A DNA stretch of 64,000 bases from an uncultured bacterium (GTDB lineage Bacteria; Chlamydiota; Chlamydiia; Chlamydiales; SM23-39): assembly GCA_964351495.1 (NCBI GenBank), contig CAYGOC010000001.1, positions 129,342 to 193,341 on the forward strand. The letters are read 5' to 3'. The position numbers and the translations under genes are program-made. This document shows, one piece after another, positions 1 through 9,122 of this stretch; the first letter of the stretch is position 1; each line of letters opens with the position of its first letter. The notes below the pieces were generated by a model. That model saw only the letters and a program-made list of their open reading frames with translations. It did no database searches and was not told the DNA's origin.

Positions 1-60
1 ACGACTTAAAGCCGGTAGGTTTTTCTTTATAGACGAAATAAGAATCTATCAAAAAGCCTT

Positions 61-456
61 TTATAGACCCTTGGAAGAAGCTTTTCCCCCAGCATCTGCA
101 ACCTTTTTCACGATTGCTTCCATCTCTGCTTTCGGAACAGATTCTTTTAAAGGCTTTGGCGCTTCATCTACAAGTTGTTTCGCCTCTTTTAATCCTAGAC
201 CGGTGATCTCACGAACTACTTTGATAATTCCAATCTTTTTGTCCTGAGGAGCACTCTCTAAAATTACTTGGAATTCTGTAGACTCAGCCACAGCTTTCGT
301 CTCTGCCTGAGCAGGACCTGCTACCACAGCTGCCGCCGCTTGCGCTTTAACGCCCCACTTCTCTTCCAAAGCCTTTTTCAAATTAGCCATGTCTAAAACA
401 GTCAACTGGCTAAGCTCTTCTACTAGTTGTTCAATTTTTTGTTCTTTTGTACTCAC
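61..456 (-). CDS. rplL: 50S ribosomal protein L7/L12
   Basis: 131-aa ORF. Ala-rich hinge ([15 protein letters not shown]) followed by the conserved C-terminal domain [24 protein letters not shown]. It is the last gene of the rplK-rplA-rplJ-rplL order. Confidence 0.96.
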   Translation of the reverse strand: MSTKEQKIEQLVEELSQLTVLDMANLKKALEEKWGVKAQAAAAVVAGPAQAETKAVAESTEFQVILESAPQDKKIGIIKVVREITGLGLKEAKQLVDEAPKPLKESVPKAEMEAIVKKVADAGGKASSKGL

Positions 457-475
457 TTTCTTACCTCATTAATGT

Positions 476-988
476 TTAACTTGACTTTGCCTTATTTTCT
501 AAACAATGCATCACACTTGTTAAAAGGCTTTGCATTACCGATAAAGTTTGTGCCATCGGAGCTTCTAGAAGCCCTAAAAACTGCGCTCTCATTTCTCCTT
601 GAGAAGGCAGTTCAGCTAACTTTTTCACCTCTTCTGCTGTGTAAAAAACATTTTCTGAAAAAGCAAAAATAGGACTTAGAAGATTCTCATTTCCTTCATT
701 GAACTGAACGATCTTTTTACTGGCTGAAATAACATCTGTGCCCGATAAAATAATCCCTATGTTTCCTTTTAAATCAGAAAGCGTCGTTTCCCACTCTTTT
801 TTCTCAAGAGCCTTAAAAAAGACCCTCTTCTTTACTACCTCTAAACTAGCTCCCACCTCTTTTAAAGAAGAGCGAAAGCTCCAAGATAAATTAGGTTCCA
901 TCTTCTCATAAGAAACAACCACAAAAGAAGGGTTCTCTTTCATTTGCCCTTCTATCTCATCTAATAAATAATGCTTCTCTTGTCTCAT
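476..988 (-). CDS. rplJ: 50S ribosomal protein L10
   Basis: 170-aa ORF immediately upstream of rplL in the conserved rplJ-rplL arrangement, with L10-like length and N-terminal region. Confidence 0.88.
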   Translation of the reverse strand: MRQEKHYLLDEIEGQMKENPSFVVVSYEKMEPNLSWSFRSSLKEVGASLEVVKKRVFFKALEKKEWETTLSDLKGNIGIILSGTDVISASKKIVQFNEGNENLLSPIFAFSENVFYTAEEVKKLAELPSQGEMRAQFLGLLEAPMAQTLSVMQSLLTSVMHCLENKAKSS

Positions 989-998
989 TTAACTTCCC

Positions 999-1694
999 CT
1001 ATATTCCTAAAGAGTTTACATCTATCCTAAGACCCGGCCCCATTGTAGTAGAGAGATAAAGCCCTTTCATATAGATTCCTTTTGCAGTAGAAGGTTTTAC
1101 CCTTTGTACCGCTTGTAAAAAAAGAGTCACGTTTTCCACCAAATGCCCCCTTTGAAAAGAAATCTTTCCAACCGCAGCATTAACAACGCCCCCTTTATCT
1201 ACCTTAAACTCAATTTTTCCCGCTTTTACTTCTTGTATCGCTTTTTCTACATCATTCGTAACCGTTCCCGCTTTCGGAGTTGGCATAAGACCTCTTGGCC
1301 CTAAAACTTTTCCCAACTTTCCCACTTCTCGCATCATTTCAGGCGTAGCTATAATCGCATTAAAATCGGTCCATCCTTGCTTGATTTTTTCACAAAACTC
1401 TTCCGCTCCCACATAGTCAGCACCTGCAGCTTCCGCAGCTTTAGCTTTTTCCCCTTTAGCTAGAACTAAAAGAACAATTTTTTTCCCCGTTCCATGAGGC
1501 AAAGAGACAGTAGAACGAACCTGCTGATCAGACTTCTTCGGATCCACTCCAAGCTTCAAAGAAACTTCTAAAGATTCATCAAATTTAGGCTTAGGACATT
1601 CTTGTAAAACTTCCACCGCTTCCTCTATCTTATAAAGACGAGAAACATCTACTTGACGATCTACTTTTTTTAATCTTTTTGACCTTTTTGTCAT
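999..1694 (-). CDS. rplA: 50S ribosomal protein L1
   Basis: Motifs [15 protein letters not shown] and [15 protein letters not shown] are typical of L1. The ORF is open to 1724, but the ATG at 1694 ([10 protein letters not shown]) avoids overlap with the rplK stop at 1711. Confidence 0.93.
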   Translation of the reverse strand: MTKRSKRLKKVDRQVDVSRLYKIEEAVEVLQECPKPKFDESLEVSLKLGVDPKKSDQQVRSTVSLPHGTGKKIVLLVLAKGEKAKAAEAAGADYVGAEEFCEKIKQGWTDFNAIIATPEMMREVGKLGKVLGPRGLMPTPKAGTVTNDVEKAIQEVKAGKIEFKVDKGGVVNAAVGKISFQRGHLVENVTLFLQAVQRVKPSTAKGIYMKGLYLSTTMGPGLRIDVNSLGI

Positions 1695-1710
1695 GACCAA
1701 TCCCTTTCCC

Positions 1711-2148
1711 TTAAACTTTTCCAACTATATCAATACCCATAGAACGGGCTGTTCCCATAACGGTCTTCATAGCAGCTTCCAAAGAGTTCACTCTTAAATC
1801 TGCCATTTTTTTCTCCGCAATCTGCTTTACCTGATCTTCCGTAATCGAACCAATTTTATCCCTGTTCGGAACGCTAGAACCTTTCTCCGCTTTTACCACC
1901 TCTAAAAGAGACTGAGCCACAGGAGGCTCTTTCATGATAAAATCAAAAGACTTATCTTTATAAACAGATATCTCTACAGGAATGATTTTCCCTCCCATAG
2001 ACTGGGTCTTCGCATTAAAATCTTTACAAAAGTTCATAATGTTTACCCCAGCAGAAGCTAAAGCAGGACCAATAGGCCTACCCGGGTTTGCCTTCCCCGC
2101 CACTACCTGAAGTTTAATTACCTTTACTACCTTTTTACCAGCTGCCAT
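1711..2148 (-). CDS. rplK: 50S ribosomal protein L11
   Basis: [35 protein letters not shown] is the canonical L11 N-terminal domain. Gene order is conserved. Confidence 0.96.
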   Translation of the reverse strand: MAAGKKVVKVIKLQVVAGKANPGRPIGPALASAGVNIMNFCKDFNAKTQSMGGKIIPVEISVYKDKSFDFIMKEPPVAQSLLEVVKAEKGSSVPNRDKIGSITEDQVKQIAEKKMADLRVNSLEAAMKTVMGTARSMGIDIVGKV

Positions 2149-2154
2149 AAAACA

Positions 2155-2733
2155 CTATCCTTGATTCTCTTCGTTTACTTGCTCTATCTGCCAAAACTCT
2201 AAATCGTCTACCCTAGTATCTCTACCAAAAATAGAAACCATTACGCTAACTCTTCCCTTATCGTGAAAAACTTCAGTAACCGTTCCCACAAAGTTTACAA
2301 AAACTCCATCGGTAACTTTTACCTTGTCTCCCACTTCTACCTTGTGCTTTTGCACGACGCCCTTTTTCTTCTCTGCTAGATCCGATAAAATATCTTGCAC
2401 TTCTCTGTCCGTAAGCGGGGTAGGAGTTCCTCCCCCCAAAAAATCTAAAACACCATTGGTATTTTTTACATAAAGACAAGCTTCGTCCGTCATCTCCATC
2501 TTCAGTAAAATATACCCAGGCCAAAGCTTCTTTTCAGAAATCTTTTGCTCTCCCCGAACTACCTCAGAAACATTTTCTGTGGGAACTAAGACCTCTGAAA
2601 TTGTCCCTTCCAAGCCCTTCATAATAAGAAACTCTTCCAAGTTCTTCTTCACTTTTTTTTCAAGACCCGAAACAACCTGTACTACATACCACTTATGCAC
2701 CAGTTTTATCCCCCCAACCATCTTACTACCCAA
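2155..2733 (-). CDS. nusG: Transcription termination/antitermination factor NusG
   Basis: KWYVVQVVSGLEKKV NGN domain, PGYILLKM, and a C-terminal KOW (GDKVKVTDGVFVNFVGTVTEV). It lies between secE and rplK. The start may be the internal Met at 2721. Confidence 0.93.
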   Translation of the reverse strand: MGSKMVGGIKLVHKWYVVQVVSGLEKKVKKNLEEFLIMKGLEGTISEVLVPTENVSEVVRGEQKISEKKLWPGYILLKMEMTDEACLYVKNTNGVLDFLGGGTPTPLTDREVQDILSDLAEKKKGVVQKHKVEVGDKVKVTDGVFVNFVGTVTEVFHDKGRVSVMVSIFGRDTRVDDLEFWQIEQVNEENQG

Positions 2734-2936
2734 GATATCGTATCCAAACCACTTCGAATAATTAAATCCACTCCATAAATGGCAAGCCCAAAAGAAACCA
2801 CAGAAACTAAAACCACTTTCGTAGCTACTTTCAAATCTTCCCTAGAAGTCCAATTCACCTTCTTCAGTTCTTTCTGAACCTCTACAAGGTAATTTTTCTT
2901 TTTTGTTTTTTGTGTTTTTGTCAAAGGTGTCGTCAT
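2706..2936 (-). CDS. secE: Preprotein translocase subunit SecE
   Basis: 76 aa with a basic N-terminus, ELKKVNWTSREDL motif and one C-terminal TM helix (VVLVSVVSFGLAIYGVDLII). Conserved tRNA-Trp/secE/nusG order. Confidence 0.85.
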   Translation of the reverse strand: MTTPLTKTQKTKKKNYLVEVQKELKKVNWTSREDLKVATKVVLVSVVSFGLAIYGVDLIIRSGLDTISWVVRWLGG

Positions 2937-2956
2937 CTTTCTTTTTATGTTTTTAA

Positions 2957-3030
2957 CGAGTGCGGAGGGATTCGAACCCCCGACCGGCGACTTTGGAGAT
3001 CGCTGCTCTAGCCAGCTGAGCTACACACCC
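2957..3030 (-). tRNA. trnW: tRNA-Trp (anticodon CCA)
   Basis: Folded by hand. Acceptor GGGTGTG/CGCACTC, D-arm GCTC-AGCTGGCTA-GAGC, anticodon stem GCGAT/GTCGC with loop CTCCAAA, T-arm GGGGG-TTCGAAT-CCCTC, discriminator G. CCA is not encoded. Confidence 0.93.
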
Positions 3031-3042
3031 TGGTTCTTAAAA

Positions 3043-4230
3043 CTAATCTAGGATCTTGGAAACAGTCCCTGCTCCAATCGTTCTACCACCTTCACGGATA
3101 GCAAAACGCATCCCTTCCTCAATCGCAACAGGAGCCAAAAGCTCAACTGTTATCTCTACGTTATCACCCGGCATTACCATCTCAGTTCCCTCTGGAAGAG
3201 TAACCGTTCCCGTAACGTCTGTGGTTCTAAGATAAAACTGAGGACGATAGTTACTAAAGAAAGGCTTATGTCTTCCCCCTTCTTCTTTCGTTAAAACGTA
3301 AACTGCACCTTTAAACTTCTTGTGCGGCTTACAAGAACCAGGAGCGCAAAGAACCATCCCTCTTTCTACGTCGTTTTTCTCGACCCCTCGAACCAAAAGA
3401 CCCACGTTTTCTCCCGCTCTACCCTCATCAAGAAGCTTGTTAAACATCTCAATTCCAGTTACAACACTCTCTCTAGTGTCTTTCAATCCAACAATCTGAA
3501 TCTTATCGTTGATCTTAACTATTCCTCTCTCGATTCTACCCGTAACCACGGTTCCTCTTCCTGAAATAGAAAAAACGTCTTCAATAGGCATTAAAAAAGG
3601 CTTATCTATATCTCTTTCCGGCGTTGGGATCTTGTTATCCACCGCTTCCATCAACTCTATAATTTTTTCTTCATAAGAAGAATCACCTTCTAAAGCTTTC
3701 AAAGCAGATCCTCTTACTATAGGAACATCTTTATAACCTTTGTCTTCCAAAAGCTCTCCAAGCTCCATCTCCACAAGCTCTACAAGCTCCTCATCTCCTT
3801 GACCAATCTGATCCATCTTATTTAAGAAAACCACGATAGAAGGAACTCCAACCTGTTTTGCAAGCAAGATATGCTCTTTAGTCTGAGGCATAGGACCATC
3901 AGTCGCTGCAACCACTAAGATCGCTCCATCCATTTGCGCCGCTCCAGTAATCATGTTTTTTACATAGTCAGCGTGTCCAGGACAGTCTACGTGAGCATAG
4001 TGTCTTGCATTCGTTTCATATTCTACGTGAGAAGAGTTAATCGTAATTCCCCTTTGTCTTTCCTCAGGAGAGTTGTCAATAGATGCATAATCACGAACTT
4101 TCCCCTTGCCCCCTTTCTTAGCGAGCACAGCAGTAATTGCGGCCGTAAGCGTTGTCTTTCCGTGATCGACGTGACCTATAGTTCCAATATTGATATGCGG
4201 TTTATCTCTTTTAAATGTTTCCTTTGCCAT
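3043..4230 (-). CDS. tuf: Elongation factor Tu
   Basis: 395 aa with [18 protein letters not shown] and NKMD GTPase motifs. Full-length EF-Tu-like sequence. Confidence 0.99.
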   Translation of the reverse strand: MAKETFKRDKPHINIGTIGHVDHGKTTLTAAITAVLAKKGGKGKVRDYASIDNSPEERQRGITINSSHVEYETNARHYAHVDCPGHADYVKNMITGAAQMDGAILVVAATDGPMPQTKEHILLAKQVGVPSIVVFLNKMDQIGQGDEELVELVEMELGELLEDKGYKDVPIVRGSALKALEGDSSYEEKIIELMEAVDNKIPTPERDIDKPFLMPIEDVFSISGRGTVVTGRIERGIVKINDKIQIVGLKDTRESVVTGIEMFNKLLDEGRAGENVGLLVRGVEKNDVERGMVLCAPGSCKPHKKFKGAVYVLTKEEGGRHKPFFSNYRPQFYLRTTDVTGTVTLPEGTEMVMPGDNVEITVELLAPVAIEEGMRFAIREGGRTIGAGTVSKILD

Positions 4231-4272
4231 CCTAAAAATCCTCCATTAGGCTCTTATATAATCTAAAAACTC

Positions 4273-4344
4273 TGCCCAGAATAGGAATTGAACCTACGAC
4301 CGCTTACTTACCATGCAAGTGCTCTACCACTGAGCTATCTGGGC
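4273..4344 (-). tRNA. trnT: tRNA-Thr (anticodon GGU)
   Basis: Folded by hand. Acceptor GCCCAGA/TCTGGGC, D-arm GCTC-AGTGGTA-GAGC, anticodon stem CTTGC/GTAAG with loop ATGGTAA, T-loop GGTTCAATTCC. Lies directly upstream of tuf, as in many bacteria. Confidence 0.92.
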
Positions 4345-4426
4345 TTATGGTACTCACAAGCAGAAAAGTGTACTTTCGCAACCAAATTAAATCAACTATT
4401 CTTCTCAAGGCTCCAGACAGAGCTAT

Positions 4427-4645
4427 TTATCTCTGCCGATATATAATCCGAGCTCTGCTCAAATCATAAGGAGACATTTCTACCGTAACCACATCCCCAG
4501 CATAGACTCGGATATTTCTTACCCGCATTTTCCCACAAAGATGCGCCACTACCTTCATCCCGTTTTCTAAAACCACCCGAAAGTGCATATTTGGCAAAAG
4601 CTCTTCCACCTTGCCATCAATCTTAACTGTCTCTTCTTTAGCCAT
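4427..4645 (-). CDS. infA: Translation initiation factor IF-1
   Basis: [29 protein letters not shown]...[18 protein letters not shown] is a canonical 72-aa IF-1 S1-like fold. The ORF track extends 40 codons upstream, but that extension has no IF-1 counterpart. Confidence 0.95.
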   Translation of the reverse strand: MAKEETVKIDGKVEELLPNMHFRVVLENGMKVVAHLCGKMRVRNIRVYAGDVVTVEMSPYDLSRARIIYRQR

Positions 4646-4853
4646 AAGGAAGTAAAAGGAACCCTTTGTTTGGTTATCGCGTCTTTGCGGATAAAAAATA
4701 TAATGTTGGAACCGAGTATAGAATACAAGTGGGTTTCTAAGCAAATTTTTTAGAAAAAATCTCACAAAAATTTCCTCCCCTATCTTTTCTGAAAAATTTT
4801 CTTATTCTTTTAAAAACTAGTTTTGTTGCTAGGAATTTCTCTTTTTGGGTAGG

Positions 4854-5285
4854 ATGTCTTTCATGAATTTAGAATCTAAAATCAAATCTTTAAAAGAACT
4901 CTTTTCAGAAGCTCTTTCTAAAGAGAAAATTTATCAAAAAATAATTCAACTGGGGCATCTTCTCCCTGCCTTTTCTGCTGTTTTAAAAACAGAAGAAAAC
5001 CTCGTAAAGGGCTGTCAAAGCAGAACATACCTTCACTCTGTTTTTCAAGAAGGTACAGTCTTTTTTACAGGAACCTCTGACGCTTTGATCTCTTCTGGTC
5101 TAATTTATATTTTGACTTACGTCTTTAATGGAGAATCCCCTGAAACGGTTATTCAAGAAAAAGCTTTTTTTTTAGAAGAAATCGGCATTTCTTCCTCTCT
5201 TTCTTTAAATCGCTCTAACGGTCTTTCTCAAATGCTCTTGCATATGAAAAAAAGAGCTCTTTTAGCACTTACCCCTGCTTTTTAA
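4854..5285 (+). CDS. sufE: SufE/CsdE-family sulfur acceptor protein
   Basis: About 143 aa. The KGCQSRTYL motif corresponds to the SufE active-site Cys loop (GCQS). First ATG is at 4854; the track starts at a TTG at 4845. Confidence 0.75.
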   Translation: MSFMNLESKIKSLKELFSEALSKEKIYQKIIQLGHLLPAFSAVLKTEENLVKGCQSRTYLHSVFQEGTVFFTGTSDALISSGLIYILTYVFNGESPETVIQEKAFFLEEIGISSSLSLNRSNGLSQMLLHMKKRALLALTPAF

Positions 5286-6526
5286 AGAAAAATTTTAATC
5301 TGCCAAAAAATTACCCATAAAGAAAAAAGAAGAGCGAGGAGCAATAAAAACTTTCCCCCTCTTACGTGAAAAGAGCTTTTTCTTTTTTGTAAGTACCTTC
5401 CTGAAAAAATCAAAGATACAGGAAGAACTCCTCCTAAAAGAGCATCCCCAAATCCTCCGGTAATTTCTAGTGCATACCGAAATGCCTTAGGAAAAAAAAT
5501 AGCCAAGGAAACGGAAGGGACCACAACAAGAAGCCCTAAAATTAATTTTTGCCTACCTTTCTTGCTCAACCGAAAAGAGTCAGCTAAAAAATCAAATAAC
5601 CCCAGACCGATTCCCAAATAAGAAGTTACAATAGCGAAAAACGCAAACGCATCCGAGAAAAAAAGCAAATAGGGGTGCTCTACTTTTTTCCTAAAAGGTT
5701 CTGTTGCAGGCTTTCCCTCTTCAAAAGCCTCTAAAAGCCCCCCTTTTCCCTCATGAGGAACCGTCCCTAAAACAATCCACTCCCAAATTAGATACATAAT
5801 AAGAGGAATAAAGGTACCCCAAAAAAGCGCTTTTTTAAGCACCTTTTTATCCCTTTTTACGTAAGAGACCACGGTGGGGATAATCATTTGATAACTAAAA
5901 ACCGTCAGTAAAATAGGAAAGGCTGTAAAAACTTTAGAAACAGAGCTTCTCTGTAAAAGAGAAAAGCTTACATTAGATATCCCAAAACCTGAAAGCCCCA
6001 CATAGGCACCTATCATAGCTACCACTAAAATAGCGTTTATTCTTCCTATAAATTGAGTGCCTAAAAGGAAAAGACTCCCAAAGCTAAGTGTAAAGAAAAA
6101 AATAGACCCCAAGTAAGAAAGGTTCTGTTTAAAAAACGTCTCTCCCATTCCTTGAAAAAGAAGACCCCCTCCCGTAGTGTACGCTACTAAAGAGGCGTAG
6201 CCCATAAAAATAAAAAGACCAAAACTAAAGACTTTTCCAAATCTTCCCAAAAGTCTCTCTGACATGGTCATGATATGGACCCCTTCTTCCATCCAAAGAG
6301 CCACCTCCACGTAAAAAAGGCCCGTTATGTACATGAAAAGCCAACAAAGAAGTAAAGAAAATAAAGAAGGAATAAACCCCGCAGCAGAGGTGTCTATAGG
6401 AAGAGCAAGCATCCCTCCTCCTACACAAGTTCCCGCCACTAAAAGAGTCGAACCGAAAAGATGGTGTTTATTCTTTATCCAGGAAAGCATTCTTTCATGA
6501 TAACTTCTTTCCCCAAAAACCCCCAA
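5282..6526 (-). CDS. tyrP: Aromatic amino acid (Tyr/Trp) permease, HAAAP family
   Basis: 414 aa and polytopic. The N-terminal STLLVAGTCVGGGMLALP motif is typical of TyrP/Mtr/TnaB transporters. The start could be the Met at 6490. Confidence 0.8.
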   Translation of the reverse strand: MGVFGERSYHERMLSWIKNKHHLFGSTLLVAGTCVGGGMLALPIDTSAAGFIPSLFSLLLCWLFMYITGLFYVEVALWMEEGVHIMTMSERLLGRFGKVFSFGLFIFMGYASLVAYTTGGGLLFQGMGETFFKQNLSYLGSIFFFTLSFGSLFLLGTQFIGRINAILVVAMIGAYVGLSGFGISNVSFSLLQRSSVSKVFTAFPILLTVFSYQMIIPTVVSYVKRDKKVLKKALFWGTFIPLIMYLIWEWIVLGTVPHEGKGGLLEAFEEGKPATEPFRKKVEHPYLLFFSDAFAFFAIVTSYLGIGLGLFDFLADSFRLSKKGRQKLILGLLVVVPSVSLAIFFPKAFRYALEITGGFGDALLGGVLPVSLIFSGRYLQKRKSSFHVRGGKFLLLLALLFSLWVIFWQIKIFL

Positions 6527-6555
6527 GACAAAAGAGCCTTCTCAAATCAAAAAAC

Positions 6556-7161
6556 TCATTTAGGAATTTCTTTTTTCTCTTCTTCAGGGCTACAAAACTC
6601 CCAATCACTTCCAACTTCAACGTTATCGGGGTCTTCAGGGCTACAAAACTCCCAATGCCCAATAGGCTCCTGATCTTCTTGTCCCACAAACTCCAAGTCT
6701 TCTTCTGTAAAAGATAAAAGAAAAAAGGAAGCGGCTACCTTATCGTTTTCTAAGATAATCCCTTCTGATATAAGGGAAGTTCCTCTAAGGGCTTCTTCTA
6801 TACATTGCCGGGGTTCTAATCCTACTTGATCTCTTTTATTTTCCTCAGATTTTATAACAAAATCGCCTCTTGAACAAAGAAGTAGATCTACATACTTCTC
6901 GTGCATGGTTTTCATAGCTTGTAAAGCCAGCTCCTGAGTTTTAGAAGAACAGTCTGCTAAAATCTCTTTAGCCTTTGTTATACGGGAACGGTCTAGAGTC
7001 TTTTCTAAATGAGGGGGCTCGTTTTCCAAAATATAGACAGCTATACTCCCAAAGTACTCCTTTTTCTTCTTAAAATTATAGATCTCTCTTCCAGATCCAT
7101 CTTGCATAAATATGGCATACTTCAATTCTGGTGGTAGAGCTTTAACTGACATCTTTTGCAT
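6556..7161 (-). CDS. Hypothetical acidic protein with duplicated WEFCSPE C-terminal motif
   Basis: 201-aa ORF with no recognised domain. The acidic C-terminus carries an in-frame 51-nt duplication. Confidence 0.55.
   Translation of the reverse strand: MQKMSVKALPPELKYAIFMQDGSGREIYNFKKKKEYFGSIAVYILENEPPHLEKTLDRSRITKAKEILADCSSKTQELALQAMKTMHEKYVDLLLCSRGDFVIKSEENKRDQVGLEPRQCIEEALRGTSLISEGIILENDKVAASFFLLSFTEEDLEFVGQEDQEPIGHWEFCSPEDPDNVEVGSDWEFCSPEEEKKEIPK
6581..6656. repeat. 25-nt perfect direct repeat, period 51 nt, in-frame within the CDS
   Basis: tcttcagggctacaaaactcccaat occurs at 6581-6605 and 6632-6656. On the minus strand it encodes the duplicated WEFCSPE motif. Confidence 0.95.
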
Positions 7162-7287
7162 CCCCTTTTTTATAAAAACTGGAGGAGGGTATCAAATATT
7201 CCGTTTTGCTGTAATCAAAAAGTGCTTATCGATACAATTTTGTCTAAAAGTACCGGCCTGCTTTTCTTGTCTTTTTCTACTCTAGGA

Positions 7288-8484
7288 CTAGGAGCTGAAT
7301 CTTGAAGAGTTGTCCCGAAAAAAATAAAAGAAAAAAGAAAGAATAATACCACAACAAAGAAGAGAACTGAGCTCCAAAGAGGTGTCCGGCAAAACTGCTA
7401 TCACAAAGCTAATAAAGGCTCCTACAATAGTAGCTATTAAAAAATAGACAGAAGCGGTAAAGCCCTCTTTAGAAGAAGAGGCTAAAAAGCTCTCTTTTAC
7501 TAAAGGAGCAGAACTAATTCCCACTCCTAGCGCGTAGATTCCCATAAAAAAGAGAAGAGGAGAAATCGTAAGTTCTGAAAAAAGAGAAAGCATAAGAAGA
7601 GACAAGGCCCCTATAAAAGAAAAAATCATGCCTATATAAACGAGATAGGCCCTTCTTATGACTTTTAGTAAAAAAGTAATAGAGCGAGCCCCTATAACAA
7701 ATCCTATAAAAACAAATGCCTGTAAAATCCCAAACTTCTGAGGAGAATAACCAAAGTGGGTCATAATAATCTTGGGAGAGGCGCTAATCCAAAGAACCAT
7801 TCCCCCATCTTGAAACGCAAAAGCAAGACACCTTAGAAAAAACCCTCTACAGCAAAGAGTTTTTCGATAGGACTTATAAATAGCTCTTATAGCCAGCGGA
7901 TGCCTCTCTTTTTTGGAAAGGCTCTCCGGCATAACAAAAAAAAGTAGAAAAAGCGCCCCTAAAGCCCATAAAAAAATCACCAAAAAAATGAGTCTCCACG
8001 AGCCAAAAAGGAGAATCCAGGAGCCAATTAAAGGACCCAGCATAGGGGAAGCCACGGCCGCAGTAGAGGTCCACGTCAAAATAAGCGTAGCTTTATGATC
8101 TCCATACAAAGAGTGAATGGAGGCATATCCTGCTATCATAATAGATCCAACAGAAAAGCCTTGTAGCATCCTAGCAAAAAAAAGGGTCCAAAAAGAATCT
8201 GCCAAAGAACAACTTATAGTGCCTATAAGGAATAAAATCCCCCCTATTAAAAGGACAGGTCTTCTCCCATAAGAGTCGGTAAAAGGAGCTAGCACAAGCT
8301 GTGAAAGAGAAAGACCTAAAAGCCAGCTTGTGATGGTCTCTTGAAGCGTATCAAAACTTCTACCGAGTTCTTTAGAGATAACCAAAAGAGCAGGTAGATA
8401 CATGTCCGTGGAAAGGTTCCCGGAAAACTCATATAAAATAAAAAAAAAAGGAAAAAGAGCTAGCTTAAAAGCACTTTTTTTCAT
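7288..8484 (-). CDS. MFS transporter, Bcr/CflA-like drug efflux family
   Basis: 398 aa with about 12 hydrophobic helices. N-terminal LSTDMYLPALLVISKELG and the GRRPVLLIG loop are typical of Bcr/CflA MFS pumps. Confidence 0.8.
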   Translation of the reverse strand: MKKSAFKLALFPFFFILYEFSGNLSTDMYLPALLVISKELGRSFDTLQETITSWLLGLSLSQLVLAPFTDSYGRRPVLLIGGILFLIGTISCSLADSFWTLFFARMLQGFSVGSIMIAGYASIHSLYGDHKATLILTWTSTAAVASPMLGPLIGSWILLFGSWRLIFLVIFLWALGALFLLFFVMPESLSKKERHPLAIRAIYKSYRKTLCCRGFFLRCLAFAFQDGGMVLWISASPKIIMTHFGYSPQKFGILQAFVFIGFVIGARSITFLLKVIRRAYLVYIGMIFSFIGALSLLMLSLFSELTISPLLFFMGIYALGVGISSAPLVKESFLASSSKEGFTASVYFLIATIVGAFISFVIAVLPDTSLELSSLLCCGIILSFFFYFFRDNSSRFSS

Positions 8485-9071
8485 AAAACAACGTCTTCTT
8501 CACTCCAATAGTCATCCCCATAAGAGTACAAAAGTTGCTCTCCTTTTTTTACCCCTTTGGATCCGGTTGTATAGATGATTCTGGGACCTTCCGGAAGATA
8601 GTACTCCCAAGCAATCACGTTTCCTTTTTCTGAGTGGTTCATGAAACGACACCAATTTGCTTTTTTTTCCGCATCTATCGAATATTTAGGAAAGTCTTGA
8701 AATGTGAAGGTGCTTTTATTGTGAAGACCTATCGTAGAGTCTTTCGTTAAAACCCCGGCATAGTGGTTTAAAATTACATATTTTCCTATATCTTGCGAAG
8801 CAAAAACTCCGTAACCCATTCGCTTACTGATAAAGCGAATAGCAATTTTTTTACAAAAGGGAAGGTCTGTTTTCAGCTTTTTAAAACGGGTAAAAAACCC
8901 GGAAAACTGCTTTTTGCGAGTAGGGCTTAGCTTGTTTTTATTAGGAGAGTAAAAGGCTTTCCAAGCTTTTTCAAATCCCTTTTGAAACTTAGGATCTATT
9001 TCAACATTACTAATGTATCGTATCTTCGTCTGAATGTGAAAAATCTTTTTAAATGTAGGATCATACTGCAT
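8481..9071 (-). CDS. SET-domain protein lysine methyltransferase (chlamydial NUE/cpnSET-like)
   Basis: GYGVFASQDIGKYVILNHYAGVL (SET-N), RFMNHSEKGN (NHS pseudoknot motif) and GEQLLYSYGDDYW (ELxYDY-type motif). There is a 4-nt ATGA overlap with the downstream MFS gene. Confidence 0.8.
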   Translation of the reverse strand: MQYDPTFKKIFHIQTKIRYISNVEIDPKFQKGFEKAWKAFYSPNKNKLSPTRKKQFSGFFTRFKKLKTDLPFCKKIAIRFISKRMGYGVFASQDIGKYVILNHYAGVLTKDSTIGLHNKSTFTFQDFPKYSIDAEKKANWCRFMNHSEKGNVIAWEYYLPEGPRIIYTTGSKGVKKGEQLLYSYGDDYWSEEDVVL

Positions 9072-9122
9072 ACAAATTCAGACATATAAAAAGCTCCCTT
9101 TTTCTTCAAAGCTTTTAATCTC

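Noticed and set aside
1-60. Possible terminator or attenuator downstream of rplL
   Set aside because: No convincing stem-loop plus T-run on the minus strand could be folded from the 60 nt available at the window edge.
427-672. 81-aa plus-strand ORF overlapping rplL/rplJ
   Set aside because: It is antisense to two well-supported ribosomal protein genes, low-complexity and Phe/Leu-rich, as expected from the reverse frame of AT-rich coding DNA. The same reasoning applies to other shadow ORFs in the track: 2273-2524, 2579-2761, 3322-3564, 3934-4266, 6225-6428, 6461-6689, 7874-8098, 8996-9178, 9484-9891, 11140-11361, 12091-12803, 13155-13541, 13917-14459, 17189-17413, 19690-19884, 20067-20360, 24015-25049, 28046-28234, 28473-28664, 30082-30677, 32106-33551, 34846-35342, 35490-35768, 39411-40180, 43444-45374, 46538-46789, 47607-47804, 48467-49313, 50510-50731, 51601-51840, 52470-52847, 54064-54279, 56465-56662, 57785-58060, 61739-61951 and 62197-62379.
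4646-4765. 40-codon N-terminal extension of the infA ORF
   Set aside because: IF-1 is a 72-aa protein, and the canonical MAKEE start at 4645 gives exactly that. The extension is hydrophobic and aromatic junk with no counterpart in IF-1.
4646-4853. Possible infA promoter on the minus strand (TTGTAT-17-CATTAT)
   Set aside because: Both hexamers match the consensus only weakly, and many similar matches occur by chance in AT-rich DNA.
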